Assembly (NCBI RefSeq): GCF_009914755.1
Contig: NC_060940.1
DNA: 64,000 nt
Origin: the human T2T-CHM13v2.0 reference genome, Homo sapiens
Strand: one strand, 5' to 3'
The notes beneath the pieces are model-generated. The model searched no databases and was not told the origin of the DNA. It saw nothing but the letters and a program-made list of their open reading frames with translations. The translations under genes were made by a program, and so were the position numbers. Below, piece by piece: positions 41,661 to 56,900 of the stretch. Numbering within the stretch: the first letter of the stretch is position 1; each line of letters begins with the position of its first letter.

Positions 41661-44600
41661 ATGATTCCACTCAAATCCATTGGATGATTCCATTCGTGTC
41701 CATTCGGTGATTTCATTAGATTCCATTCGAGGATGATTCCATTCGATTCCATTCGATGATTCCATTCAATTCCATTCGATGATGATTCCATTCCAGTCCA
41801 TATGATCATTCCATTTGATTTCATTCAATGATGATTCCATTCGATTCCATTCGACGATTCCATTCTATTCCATTCAATGATGATTCCATTCGAGTCCATT
41901 CGATGATTCCATTCGAGTCCATTTAATGATTCCATTGGGTTCAATTCAATGATGATTACATTGGATTCCGTTCTATGATTCCATTCAATTCCGTTCATTG
42001 ACAATTTGATTCCATTCGATGATGATTCCATTTGAGTTCATTCGATGATTCTGTTCGATTCTCTTCGATGGTGATTCAATTCTATTATATTGGATGATTC
42101 CATTCGATTCCATTTGATGTTGATTCAATTCGATTCTATTCGATGATGATTCCATTGGATTTCACTTGATGATTCTATTCGATTCCATTCAATGATGATT
42201 CACTTCTCGTCCATTGGATGATTCCATTTCATTCCATTCGATGATGATTCCATTCGATTCCATTCGATGATTCCATTTGATTCCATGCGACGGTGAGCAA
42301 TTCGATTCAATTCCATGATGATTCTATTTGATTCAATTAGATGATGTTTCCATTCGAATCCATTCCATGATTATTCCATTGGAATCCATTCGGCGATGAT
42401 TCCATATGAGTCAATTCAATGATGATTCCATATGGGTCCGTTCGATGATAATTCCATTTGATTTCATTCGATGCTTCTATTCTATTCCAGTCGATGATGA
42501 TTCCGTTGGAGTCCATACGATGATTCCATTTGATTTCATTTGATGATGATTCCATTCGATGATGATTACATTGGATTCCATTCTATGATTCCATTCAATT
42601 CCATTCGTTGATGATTCGATTCCATTCAATGATGATTCCATTTGAGTTCATTCGATGATTCTATTCGATTCCGTTCGATGGTGATTCAATTCTATTATAT
42701 TGGATGATTCCACTCGATTCCATTTGATGATTATTCCATTGGAGTCCACTTAGTGAATCCTTTAGATTCTACTCGACGATGATTCCATTCGAGTCCATTC
42801 GATGATACCATTCAATTCCATTCGTTGATGCTTCCATTCAAGTGCATTCGATGATATCATTCGATTCCATTTGATGATAATTCCATTTGATTCCATGCGA
42901 TGATTCTATTCGATTCCATTCAATGATAATTCCATTCAATTCAGTGATTCCTCTGGACTCCATTTGATGATGATTCCATTCAATGATTCCATTCGATTCT
43001 ATTCGAAAATGATTCCATTTGAATCCATTTGATGATGATTCCATTAGATTCCATTTGATGATTCCATTCGATTCCATTCGACGATGATTCCATTCCATTC
43101 CGTTTGATGATTCCATTCTATTCTATTCGATGATGATTCCATTCGATTCCATTCGATGATGATTGGATTCGATTCCATTGGATGATTTCATTTGATTCCA
43201 TTCGTTAATGATTTCGATCAATTCCATTCGATGATTCCATTCGATTCCATTCGATAATGATTACATCCGAGTCCATTCGATGATTCCCTTTGAGCCTGTT
43301 CGATAATTCCATTTGAGTCCAACCAATGATTCCATTCATTTCCATTCAATGATTCCATTCGAGTCCATTTGATCATTCCGGTAGGGTCCATTCGATGTTG
43401 ATTCCATTGGAGTGCATTCGATGATTCCATTCGAGTCCATTTTAGGATTTGATTCGAGTCCTTTCGATGATTCCATTCGATTCCACTCGATGATGATTTC
43501 ATTCGAGTCCATTCGACACTTCCAATCGATTCCATTTGATGATTCCATTCGAGTCCTATTGATGATTCCATTCAATTCCATTCGATGATGATTCCGTACG
43601 ATTCCATTCTGTGATGATTCCATGTGATTGCATTCAATGATGATTCCTTTCGATTGCATTCGATTATGATTCATTTCGTCTTCATTCTATGGTTCCACAG
43701 GTTTCCATTCGTGTCCATTCCGTTATTCCATTCTATTCCATTTGATGATGATTCCGTTCGATTCCATTCATTGGTGATTCCACTCAATTCCATTCAATGA
43801 TTCCATTCCATTTCTTTCAACAATGATTCCATTAGTTTCTAATCGATGATCCACTTGATTCCATTTGATGACGATTCCATTCTTGTCCATTCGATGATTC
43901 CATTTGATTCCATATGATGATGATTCCATTCGATTCCATACCATGATGATTCCATTCGAGTCCATTCAATGGTGATTCCATTCAATTCCATTCGATGATT
44001 CCTTTTGATTCCATTCGATGATGATGGCATTCGATTCCTTTCAATCATTCCCTTTGATTCCATTCAAAGGTGATTTCATTCAAGTCCATTCGATAATTGC
44101 ATTCGATTCCATTCTATGATGATTCCATTCGAGTCCATTTGATGATTCCATTCAATTCAAGTCAATGATGATTCCATTCGATTCCATTCGATGATTCCAT
44201 TGGATTCCATTCGATGATGATTCCATTCAAATCCATTCCATAATTCAATTCAAGTCCATTCGATGATGATTCCAATCGAATCCATTCAAAGATTCCATTC
44301 AGTTCCATTCGATGATTCCCTTAGATTCCATTCGATGATTCCACTTGATTGCATTTACGATGATTCCATTCGATTCCATGTGATGATTCCATTCAATTCT
44401 ATTCAATGATGTCTCCATTTGATTCCATTCGACCATGATTGCCTTTGATTCCATTCAATGATTCCATTCGGTTCCGTTTGATGATGATTCCGTTCGATTC
44501 CATTTGATGATTCCATTTGATTCCATTGGATGAGTCCATTCGATTACATTCGATGATTATTCCATTCGAGTGCATTAGATGATTCCATTCGAGTCCATTC

Positions 44601-47600
44601 GATGATTCCATTCGATTCCATTCGATGTTGATTCTGTTCAAATCCATTCGATGATTCCACTCGATTCCATTCGTTGACTCCATTTGATCCCATTCGATGA
44701 TTTCCTTTGATTCCCTTTGATGATCATTCCATTTGATTCAATTCGGTGATTTCATTTGATTCCATTCAGTGATGTTTCCATTCGACTCCATTCGATGATG
44801 ATTCCATTCGACTCCATTCGATTATGATTTCATTCAATTCCATTCGATAATGATTCCCTTCGAGTCCATTCGATGATTCCATTCGATTCCATTCAACGAT
44901 GATTTGATTCGTGTCCATTCGATGATTCCATTTGATTCCACTTGATGATGATTCCATTCGAGTCCATTTGATGATTCCATTCAATTCCATACTCCGATGA
45001 TTTCTTTTGAGCCCACTCAATGCTTCCACTCGATTCCATATGATGATGACTCCATTCGATGAAATTCGATGATGATTCCATTCGCTTGCTTTCGATGATG
45101 ATTCCACTTGAGTCCGTTAGAAGATTCTATTCAATTACATTCCATGACGATTCCGTTCGAGTCCATTTGATGATTCCATTAGACTCCATTCGACGATGAT
45201 TCCATTCGATGTTATTCCATGATTCCATTCGATCTCATTCGATGATGATTCCATTCAACTCCATTCGATGTTTCCATTCGAGTTCATTCTATTATTCCAT
45301 TAGATTCCATTCGATGATGATTCCATTCGATTCCATTTGATGATTGCATTCTATTTCATTTGATGATGATTCCATTCGAGTCCACTCGATGATACCATTC
45401 GATGATTGCATTCTATTTCATTTGATGATGATTCCATTCGAGTCCACTCGATGATTCCATTCGAGTCCATTTAATGAATCCATTGGTTTCAATTCTATGA
45501 TGATTACATTGGATTCCATTCGTTGATGATTTCATTCGGTTCCATTCAATGATGATTCCATTCAATTCCTTTCAATGTTTCCATTCAATTCCATACGATG
45601 ATGATTCCATTTGATTTGATTCGACAGTGAGCCATTCGATTCAATTCCATGATGATTCTATTTGATTCAATTGGTTGACATTTCCATTCGATTCCATTCG
45701 ATGATGATTCCCTTTGATTCCGTTCAAAGATGATTCCATTCTAGCCCATTCAATCATTCCATTCGATTCTATTCAATGATGATTCCATTCATGTCGATTT
45801 GGTGATTCCATTTGACTTCATTTGATGATGATTCCTTTCAAGTTCATTAGATGATTCCATTCGATTCCATTTGATGATGATCCCATTCGAGTCCATTCAG
45901 TGATTCCATTCGTTTCCATTCCATGATGATTCCATTCCTTTCCATTCAATGATTCCATTCGATTCCGTTTGATGATGATTTCATTCGAGTCCATTTGATG
46001 ATTCCATTTGATTCCATTCGATGATGATTCCATTCGAGTCCATTCGATGATTCTATTCGAATCCATTTGATGATTTCTTTTGATTATATTTGGTGATGAT
46101 TCCATTGGAGTCCATTCAATGATTCCATTCTATTCCAATCGATGATGATTCCATTAGAGTCCATTTAATGATTCCATTTGATTCCAGTCTCTGATGATTA
46201 CATTCGAGTCCATACGATGATTCCACTCAATTCCATATGATGATGATTCCATTTGATTCCATTCGGTGATTCCATTCTATTCTATTCAATGGTGATTCCA
46301 TTCGAGTACATTAGATGATTCCATTCGATTCCATTCAATGATGATTCTATTTGTGTCCCTTAGATGATTCCACATGATTCCATTAGATGATGATACTATT
46401 TGAGCCCATCCAATGATTCCCTTCGTTTCCATTCGATGAGGATTCCATTCGATTCAATTCATTGGTGATTCTATTCAATTCAATTCTTTGATTCCATTCC
46501 ATTCCATTCGACAATGATTCCATTCGATTTCTTTCGATGATTCCACTCGATTCCACTTGACATTGATTCCATTCGATTCCATTCAATGATTCCATTTGAT
46601 TCCAGTGGATGATGATTGCCATCGATTCCATTCGATCACTCCATTCTATTCCATTTGATGATGATTACATTCGATTCCATTTGATGATTCCATCTGATTC
46701 TATTCGAGGATTCCATTTGATTCCATTCGATGATGATTCCATTCGAGTCCATTCGATGATTTCATTCGAGTACATCCAATGATTCCATTCGAGTCCATTA
46801 GATGATTCCATTTGATTCCATTTGAAAATGATTCTACTAGAGTCCATTCAATGACTCCATTCGAGTCCATTCAACAATTCCATTCGACTCCATTCGATGA
46901 TTCCATTCGATTCCATTTGATGGTTCCATTCGAGTCCATTTAATCATTACAGTCGAGTCCATTTGGTGATTCCACTGGATTTCTTTTGATAATGATACCA
47001 TTCAATTACATTTGATGATGATCCCATTCAATTTCATTTGATGATGATTCCATTAGAGTCCATTCGATGATTTCATTCGAGTCCCTTCATTGATTCCATC
47101 CAATTTCATTGGATGATGACTCCATTCGAGTCCATTCGATGATTCCACTCGATTCCATTAGATGACTCCATTGGAGTCCATTTGATTGTTCCATTCGATT
47201 CCATTCGATTCCTTTCGAAGATTATTCCATTTGAGTCCATTCGATGATGATTCCATTCCATTCCATTCGATGATTCCGTTTGATTCCATTCGATGATTCC
47301 CTTCGATTCCTTTCTTTGATGATTCCATTCCATTCCATTCAATGATTCCATTCGAATCTATTCCATGATGATTCCTTTCGATTCCATTCGCTGATGTTTC
47401 CGTTCAATTCCATTCGATGATGATTCCATTCGATTCCATTCATTGAGGATTCCATTTGATTCCATTCAATGATGATTCCATTCTATTCCATTCAATGATT
47501 GCATTCAATTCCATTCAATGATTATCCCATTAGAGTAAACTCAACGATTCCATTCAATACCATTCGATGATGATTCCTTTTGAGTCCATTCAATGATTTC

Positions 47601-47834
47601 ATTCAAGTCCATTTGATGATTCCTTTCAATTCCATTCTATGATGATTCCATTCGAGTCCATTCGATGATTCCATTCGATTGCATTCGATGATTCCATTAT
47701 ATTCCAGTCAACGATGATTCCATTCGAGTCCATTCGATGATTCCATTAGAGTACATTTAATGATTGCTTTGTTTTCAATTCGAAGATGATTACATTGGAT
47801 TCCATTCTATGATACCATTCGATTCCATTCAATG
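41661..47834 (+). repeat. Unit U8, long variant (6,174 bp; 62-bp internal duplication)
   Basis: Anchors 42337 to 48511 differ by 6174. Confidence 0.93.
45339..45462 (+). repeat. 62-bp tandem duplication private to U8
   Basis: GATGATTGCATTCTATTTCATTTGATGATGATTCCATTCGAGTCCACTCGATGA occurs at 45339 and 45401; single in all other units. Confidence 0.93.
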
Positions 47835-50800
47835 ATGATTCCACTCAAATCCATTGGATGATTCCATTCGTGTCCATTCGGTGATTTCATTAGATTCCAT
47901 TCGAGGATGATTCCATTCGATTCCATTCGATGATTCCATTCAATTCCATTCGATGATGATTCCATTCCATTCCATATGATCATTCCATTTGATTTCATTC
48001 GATGATGATTCCATTCAATTCGATTCGACGATTCCATTCTATTCCATTCGATGATGATTCCATTCGAGTCCATTCGATGATTCCATTCGAGTCCATTTAA
48101 TGATTCCATTGGGTTCAATTCAATGATGATTACATTGGATTCCATTCTATGATTCCATTCAATTCCGTTCATTGACAATTTGATTCCATTCGATGATGAT
48201 TCCATTTGAGTTCATTCTATGATTCTATTCGATTCTCTTCGATGGTGATTCAATTCTATTATATTGGATGATTCCATTCGATTCCATTTGATGTTGATTC
48301 AATTCGATTCTATTCGATGATGATTCCATTGGATTTCACTTGATGATTCTATTCGATTCCATTCAATGATGATTCACTTCTCGTCCATTGGATGATTCCA
48401 TTTCATTCCATTCGATGATGATTCCATTCGATTCCATTCGATGATTCCATTTGATTCCATGCGACGGTGAGCAATTCGATTCAATTCCATGATGATTCTA
48501 TTTGATTCAATTAGATGATGTTTCCATTCGAATCCATTCCATGATTATTCCATTGGAATCCATTCGGCGATGATTCCATATGAGTCAATTCAATGATGAT
48601 TCCATATGGGTCCGTTCGATGATAATTCCATTTGATTTCATTCGATGCTTCTATTCTATTCCAGTCGATGATGATTCCGTTGGAGTCCATACGATGATTC
48701 CATTTGATTTCATTTGATGATGATTCCATTCGATGATGATTACATTGGATTCCATTCTATGATTCCATTCAATTCCATTCGTTGATGATTCGATTCCATT
48801 CAATGATGATTCCATTTGAGTTCATTCGATGATTCTATTCGATTCCGTTCGATGGTGATTCAATTCTATTATATTGGATGATTCCACTCGATTCCATTTG
48901 ATGATTATTCCATTGGAGTCCACTTAGTGAATCCTTTAGATTCTACTCGACGATGATTCCATTCGAGTCCATTCGATGATACCATTCAATTCCATTCGTT
49001 GATGCTTCCATTCAAGTGCATTCGATGATATCATTCGATTCCATTTGATGATAATTCCATTTGATTCCATGCGATGATTCTATTCGATTCCATTCAATGA
49101 TAATTCCATTCAATTCAGTGATTCCTCTGGACTCCATTTGATGATGATTCCATTCAATGATTCCATTCGATTCTATTCGAAAATGATTCCATTTGAATCC
49201 ATTTGATGATGATTCCATTAGATTCCATTTGATGATTCCATTCGATTCCATTCGACGATGATTCCATTCGATTCCGTTTGATGATTCCATTCTATTCTAT
49301 TCGATGATGATTCCATTCGATTCCATTCGATGATGATTGGATTCGATTCCATTTGATGATTTCATTTGATTCCATTCGTTAATGATTTCGATCAATTCCA
49401 TTCGATGATTCCATTCGATTCCATTCGATAATGATTACATCCGAGTCCATTCGATGATTCCCTTTGAGCCTGTTCGATAATTCCATTTGAGTCCAACCAA
49501 TGATTCCATTCATTTCCATTCAATGATTCCATTCGAGTCCATTTGATCATTCCGGTAGGGTCCATTCGATGTTGATTCCATTGGAGTGCATTCGATGATT
49601 CCATTCGAGTCCATTTTAGGATTTGATTCGAGTCCTTTCGATGATTCCATTCGATTCCACTCGATGATGATTTCATTCGAGTCCATTCGACACTTCCAAT
49701 CGATTCCATTTGATGATTCCATTCGAGTCCAATTGATGATTCCATTCAATTCCATTCGATGATGATTCCGTACGATTCCATTCTGTGATGATTCCATGTG
49801 ATTGCATTCAATGATGATTCCTTTCGATTGCATTCGATTATGATTCATTTCGTGTTCATTCTATGGTTCCACAGGTTTCCATTCGTGTCCATTCCATTAT
49901 TCCATTCTATTCCATTTGATGATGATTCCATTCGATTCCATTCATTGGTGATTCCACTCAATTCCATTCAATGATTCCATTCCATTTCTTTCAACAATGA
50001 TTCCATTAGTTTCTAATCGATGATCCACTTGATTCCATTTGACGACGATTCCATTCTTGTCCATTCGATGATTCCATTTGATTCCATATGATGATGATTC
50101 CATTCGATTCCATACCATGATGATTCCATTCGAGTCCATTCAATGGTGATTCCATTCAATTCCATTCGATGATTCCTTTTGATTCCATTCGATGATGATG
50201 GCATTCGATTCCTTTCAATCATTCCCTTTGATTCCATTCAAAGGTGATTTCATTCAAGTCCATTCGATAATTGCATTCGATTCCATTCTATGATGATTCC
50301 ATTCGAGTCCATTTGATGATTCCATTCAATTCAAGTCAATGATGATTCCATTCGATTCCATTCGATGATTCCATTGGATTCCATTCGATGATGATTCCAT
50401 TCAAATCCATTCGATAATTCAATTCAAGTCCATTCGATGATGATTCCAATCGAATCCATTCAAAGATTCCATTCAGTTCCATTCGATGATTCCCTTAGAT
50501 TCCATTCGATGATTCCACTTGATTGCATTTACGATGATTCCATTCGATTCCATGTGATGATTCCATTCAATTCTATTCAATGATGTCTCCATTTGATTCC
50601 ATTCGACCATGATTGCCTTTGATTCCATTCAATGATTCCATTCGGTTCCGTTTGATGATGATTCCGTTCGATTCCATTTGATGATTCCATTTGATTCCAT
50701 TGGATGAGTCCATTCGATTACATTCGATGATTATTCCATTCGAGTGCATTAGATGATTCCATTCGAGTCCATTCGATGATTCCATTCGATTCCATTCGAT

Positions 50801-53800
50801 GTTGATTCTGTTCAAATCCATTCGATGATTCCACTCGATTCCATTCGTTGACTCCATTTGATCCCATTCGATGATTTCCTTTGATTCCCTTTGATGATCA
50901 TTCCATTTGATTCAATTCGGTGATTTCATTTGATTCCATTCAGTGATGTTTCCATTCGACTCCATTCGATGATGATTCCATTCGACTCCATTCGATTATG
51001 ATTTCATTCAATTCCATTCGATAATGATTCCCTTCGAGTCCATTCGATGATTCCATTCGATTCCATTCAACGATGATTTGATTCGTGTCCATTCGATGAT
51101 TCCATTTGATTCCACTTGATGATGATTCCATTCGAGTCCATTTGATGATTCCATTCAATTCCATACTCCGATGATTTCTTTTGAGCCCACTCAATGCTTC
51201 CACTCGATTCCATATGATGATGACTCCATTCCATGAAATTCGATGATGATTCCATTCGCTTGCTTTCGATGATGATTCCACTTGAGTCCGTTAGAAGATT
51301 CTATTCAATTACATTCCAGGACGATTCCGTTCGAGTCCATTTGATGATTCCATTAGACTCCATTCGACGATGATTCCATTCGATGTTATTCGATGATTCC
51401 ATTCGATCTCATTCGATGATGATTCCATTCAACTCCATTCGATGTTTCCATTCGAGTTCATTCTATTATTCCATTAGATTCCATTCGATGATGATTCCAT
51501 TCGATTCCATTTGATGATTGCATTCTATTTCATTTGATGATGATTCCATTCGAGTCCACTCGATGATTCCATTCGAGTCCATTTAATGAATCCATTGGTT
51601 TCAATTCTATGATGATTACATTGGATTCCATTCGTTGATGATTTCATTCGGTTCCATTCAATGATGATTCCATTCAATTCCTTTCAATGTTTCCATTCAA
51701 TTCCATACGATGATGATTCCATTTGATTTGATTCGACAGTGAGCCATTCGATTCAATTCCATGACGATTCTATTTTATTCAATTGGTTGACATTTCCATT
51801 CGATTCCATTCGATGATGATTCCCTTTGATTCCGTTCAAAGATGATTCCATTCTAGCCCATTCAATCATTCCATTCGATTCTATTCAATGATGATTCCAT
51901 TCATGTCGATTTGGTGATTCCATTTGACTTCATTTGATGATGATTCCTTTCAAGTTCATTAGATGATTCCATTCGATTCCATTTGATGATGATCCCATTC
52001 GAGTCCATTCAGTGATTCCATTCGTTTCTATTCCATGATGATTCCATTCCTTTCCATTCAATGATTGCATTCGATTCCGTTTGATGATGATTTCATTCGA
52101 GTCCATTTGATGATTCCATTTGATTCCATTCGATGATGATTCCATTCGAGTCCATTCGATGATTCTATTCGAATCCATTTGATGATTTCTTTTGATTATA
52201 TTTGGTGATGATTCCATTGGAGTCCATTCAATGATTCCATTCTATTCCAATCGATGATGATTCCATTAGAGTCCATTTAATGATTCCATTTGATTCCAGT
52301 CTCTGATGATTACATTCGAGTCCATACGATGATTCTACTCAATTCCATATGATGATGATTCCATTTGATTCCATTCGGTGATTCCATTCTATTCTATTCA
52401 ATGGTGATTCCATTCGAGTACATTAGATGATTCCATTCGATTCCATTCAATGATGATTCTATTTGTGTCCCTTAGATGATTCCACATGATTCCATTAGAT
52501 GATGATACTATTTGAGCCCATCCAATGATTCCCTTCGATTCCATTCGATGAGGATTCCATTCGATTCAATTCATTGGTGATTCTATTCAATTCAATTCTT
52601 TGATTCCATTCCATTCCATTCGACAATGATTCCATTCGATTTCTTTCGATGATTCCACTCGATTCCACTTGACATTGATTCCATTCGATTCCATTCAATG
52701 ATTCCATTTGATTCCAGTGGATGATGATTGCCATCGATTCCATTCGATCACTCCATTCTATTCCATTTGATGATGATTACATTCGATTCCATTTGATGAT
52801 TCCATCTGATTCTATTCGAGGATTCCATTTGATTCCATTCGATGATGATTCCATTCGAGTCCATTCGATGATTTCATTCGAGTACATCCAATGATTCCAT
52901 TCGAGTCCATTAGATGATTCCATTTGATTCCATTTGAAAATGATTCTACTAGAGTCCATTCAATGACTCCATTCGAGTCCATTCAACAATTCCATTCGAC
53001 TCCATTCGATGATTCCATTCGATTCCATTTGATGGTTCCATTCGAGTCCATTTAATCATTACAGTCGAGTCCATTTGGTGATTCCACTGGATTTCTTTTG
53101 ATAATGATACCATTCAATTACATTTGATGATGATCCCATTCAATTTCATTTGATGATGATTCCATTAGAGTCCATTCGATGATTTCATTCGAGTCCCTTC
53201 ATTGATTCCATCCGATTTCATTGGATGATGACTCCATTCGAGTCCATTCGATGATTCCACTCGATTCCATTAGATGACTCCATTGGAGCCCATTTGATTG
53301 TTCCATTCGATTCCATTCGATTCCTTTCGAAGATTATTCCATTTGAGTCCATTCGATGATGATTCCATTCCATTCCATTTGATGATTCCGTTTGATTCCA
53401 TTCGATGATTCCCTTCGATTCCTTTCTTTGATGATTCCATTCCATTCCATTCAATGATTCCATTCGAATCTATTCCATGATGATTCCTTTCGATTCCATT
53501 CGCTGATGTTTCCGTTCAATTCCATTCGATGATGATTCCATTCGATTCCATTCATTGAGGATTCCATTTGATTCCATTCAATGATGATTCCATTCTATTC
53601 CATTCAATGATTGCATTCAATTCCATTCAATGATTATCCCATTAGAGTAAACTCAACGATTCCATTCAATACCATTCGATGATGATTCCTTTTGAGTCCA
53701 TTCAATGATTTCATTCAAGTCCATTTGATGATTCCTTTCAATTCCATTCTATGATGATTCCATTCGAGTCCATTCGATGATTCCATTCGATTGCATTCGA

Positions 53801-53946
53801 TGATTCCATTATATTCCATTCAACGGTGATTCCATTCGAGTACATTCCATGATTCCATTAGAGTACATTTAATGATTGCTTTGTTTTCAATTCGAAGATG
53901 ATTACATTGGATTCCATTCTATGATACCATTCGATTCCATTCAATG
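47835..53946 (+). repeat. Unit U9, full length (6,112 bp)
   Basis: Anchors 48511 to 54623 differ by 6112. Confidence 0.93.
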
Positions 53947-56900
53947 ATGATTCCACTCAAATCCATTGGATGATTCCATTCGTGTCCATTCGGTGATTTC
54001 ATTAGATTCCATTCGAGGATGATTCCATTCGATTCCATTCGATGATTCCATTCAATTCCATTCGATGATGATTCCATTCCAGTCCATATGATCATTCCAT
54101 TTGATTTCATTCGATGATGATTCCATTCGATTCCATTCGACGATTCCATTCTATTCCATTCGATGATGATTCCATTCGAGTCCATTCGATGATTCCATTC
54201 GAGTCCATTTAATGATTCCATTGGGTTCAATTCAATGATGATTACATTGGATTCCGTTCTATGATTCCATTCAATTCCGTTCATTGACAATTTGATTCCA
54301 TTCGATGATGATTCCATTTGAGTTCATTCGATGATTCTATTCGATTCTCTTCGATGTTGATTCAATTCTATTATATTGGATGATTCCATTCGATTCCATT
54401 TGATGTTGATTCAATTCGATTCTATTCGATGATGATTCCATTGGATTTCACTTGATGATTCTATTCGATTCCATTCAATGATGATTCACTTCTCGTCCAT
54501 TGGATGATTCCATTTCATTCCATTCGATGATGATTCCATTCGATTCCATTCGATGATTCCATTTGATTCCATGCGACGGTGAGCAATTCGATTCAATTCC
54601 ATGATGATTCTATTTGATTCAATTAGATGATGTTTCCATTCGAATCCATTCCATGATTATTCCATTGGAATCCATTCGGCGATGATTCCATATGAGTCAA
54701 TTCAATGATGATTCCATATGGGTCCGTTCGATGATAATTCCATTTGATTTCATTCGATGCTTCTATTCTATTCCAGTCGATGATGATTCCGTTGGAGTCC
54801 ATACGATGATTCCATTTGATTTCATTTGATGATGATTCCATTCGATGATGATTACATTGGATTCCATTCTATGATTCCATTCAATTCCATTCGTTGATGA
54901 TTCGATTCCATTCAATGATGATTCCATTTGAGTTCATTCGATGATTCTATTCGATTCCGTTCGATGGTGATTCAATTCTATTATATTGGATGATTCCACT
55001 CGATTCCATTTGATGATTATTCCATTGGAGTCCACTTAGTGAATCCTTTAGATTCTACTCGACGATGATTCCATTCGAGTCCATTCGATGATACCATTCA
55101 ATTCCATTCGTTGATGCTTCCATTCAAGTGCATTCGATGATATCATTCGATTCCATTTGATGATAATTCCATTTGATTCCATGCGATGATTCTATTCGAT
55201 TCCATTCAATGATATTTCCATTCAATTCAGTGATTCCTCTGGACTCCATTTGATGATGATTCCATTCAATGATTCCATTCGATTCTATTCGAAAATGATT
55301 CCATTTGAATCCATTTGATGATGATTCCATTAGATTCCATTTGATGATTCCATTCGATTCCATTCGACGATGATTCCATTCGATTCCGTTTGATGATTCC
55401 ATTCTATTCTATTCGATGATGATTCCATTCGATTCCATTCGATGATGATTGGATTCGATTCCATTTGATGATTTCATTTGATTCCATTCGTTAATGATTT
55501 CGATCAATTCCATTCGATGATTCCATTCGATTCCATTCGATAATGATTACATCCGGGTCCATTCGATGATTCCCTTTGAGCCTGTTCGATAATTCCATTT
55601 GAGTCCAACCAATGATTCCATTCATTTCCATTCAATGATTCCATTCGAGTCCATTTGATCATTCCGGTAGGGTCCATTCGATGTTGATTCCATTGGAGTG
55701 CATTCGATGATTCCATTCGAGTCCATTTTAGGATTTGATTCAAGTCCTTTCGATGATTCCATTCGATTCCACTCGATGATGATTTCATTCGAGTCCATTC
55801 GACACTTCCAATCGATTCCATTTGATGATTCCATTCGAGTCCAATTGATGATTCCATTCAATTCCATTCGATGATGATTCCGTACGATTCCATTCTGTGA
55901 TGATTCCATGTGATTGCATTCAATGATGATTCCTTTCGATTGCATTCGATTATGATTCATTTCGTGTTCATTCTATGGTTCCACAGGTTTCCATTCGTGT
56001 CCATTCCATTATTCCATTCTATTCCATTTGATGATGATTCCATTCGATTCCATTCATTGGTGATTCCACTCAATTCCATTCAATGATTCCATTCCATTTC
56101 TTTCAACAATGATTCCATTAGTTTCTAATCGATGATCCACTTGATTCCATTTGACGACGATTCCATTCTTGTCCATTCGATGATTCCATTTGATTCCATA
56201 TGATGATGATTCCATTCGATTCCATACCATGATGATTCCATTCGAGTCCATTCAATGGTGATTCCATTCAATTCCATTCGATGATTCCTTTTGATTCCAT
56301 TCGATGATGATGGCATTCGATTCCTTTCAATCATTCCCTTTGATTCCATTCAAAGGTGATTTCATTCAAGTCCATTCGATAATTGCATTCGATTCCATTC
56401 TATGATGATTCCATTCGAGTCCATTTGATGATTCCATTCAATTCAAGTCAATGATGATTCCATTCGATTCCATTCGATGATTCCATTGGATTCCATTCGA
56501 TGATGATTCCATTCAAATCCATTCGATAATTCAATTCAAGTCCATTCGATGATGATTCCAATCGAATCCATTCAAAGATTCCATTCAGTTCCATTCGATG
56601 ATTCCCTTAGATTCCATTAGATGATCCAACTTGATTGCATTTACGATGATTCCATTCGATTCCATGTGATGATTCCATTCAATTCTATTCAATGATGTCT
56701 CCATTTGATTCCATTCGACCATGATTGCCTTTGATTCCATTCAATGATTCCATTCGGTTCCGTTTGATGATGATTCCGTTCGATTCCATTTGATGATTCC
56801 ATTTGATTCCATTGGATGAGTCCATTCGATTACATTCGATGATTATTCCATTCGAGTGCATTAGATGATTCCATTCGAGTCCATTCGATGATTCCATTCG

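Noticed and set aside
35923-53946. A third exact copy of the 17,961-bp trimer
   Set aside because: Lengths are 5738/6174/6112 and most diagnostic variants of U1-U3 are missing or rearranged; it is related but not a copy.
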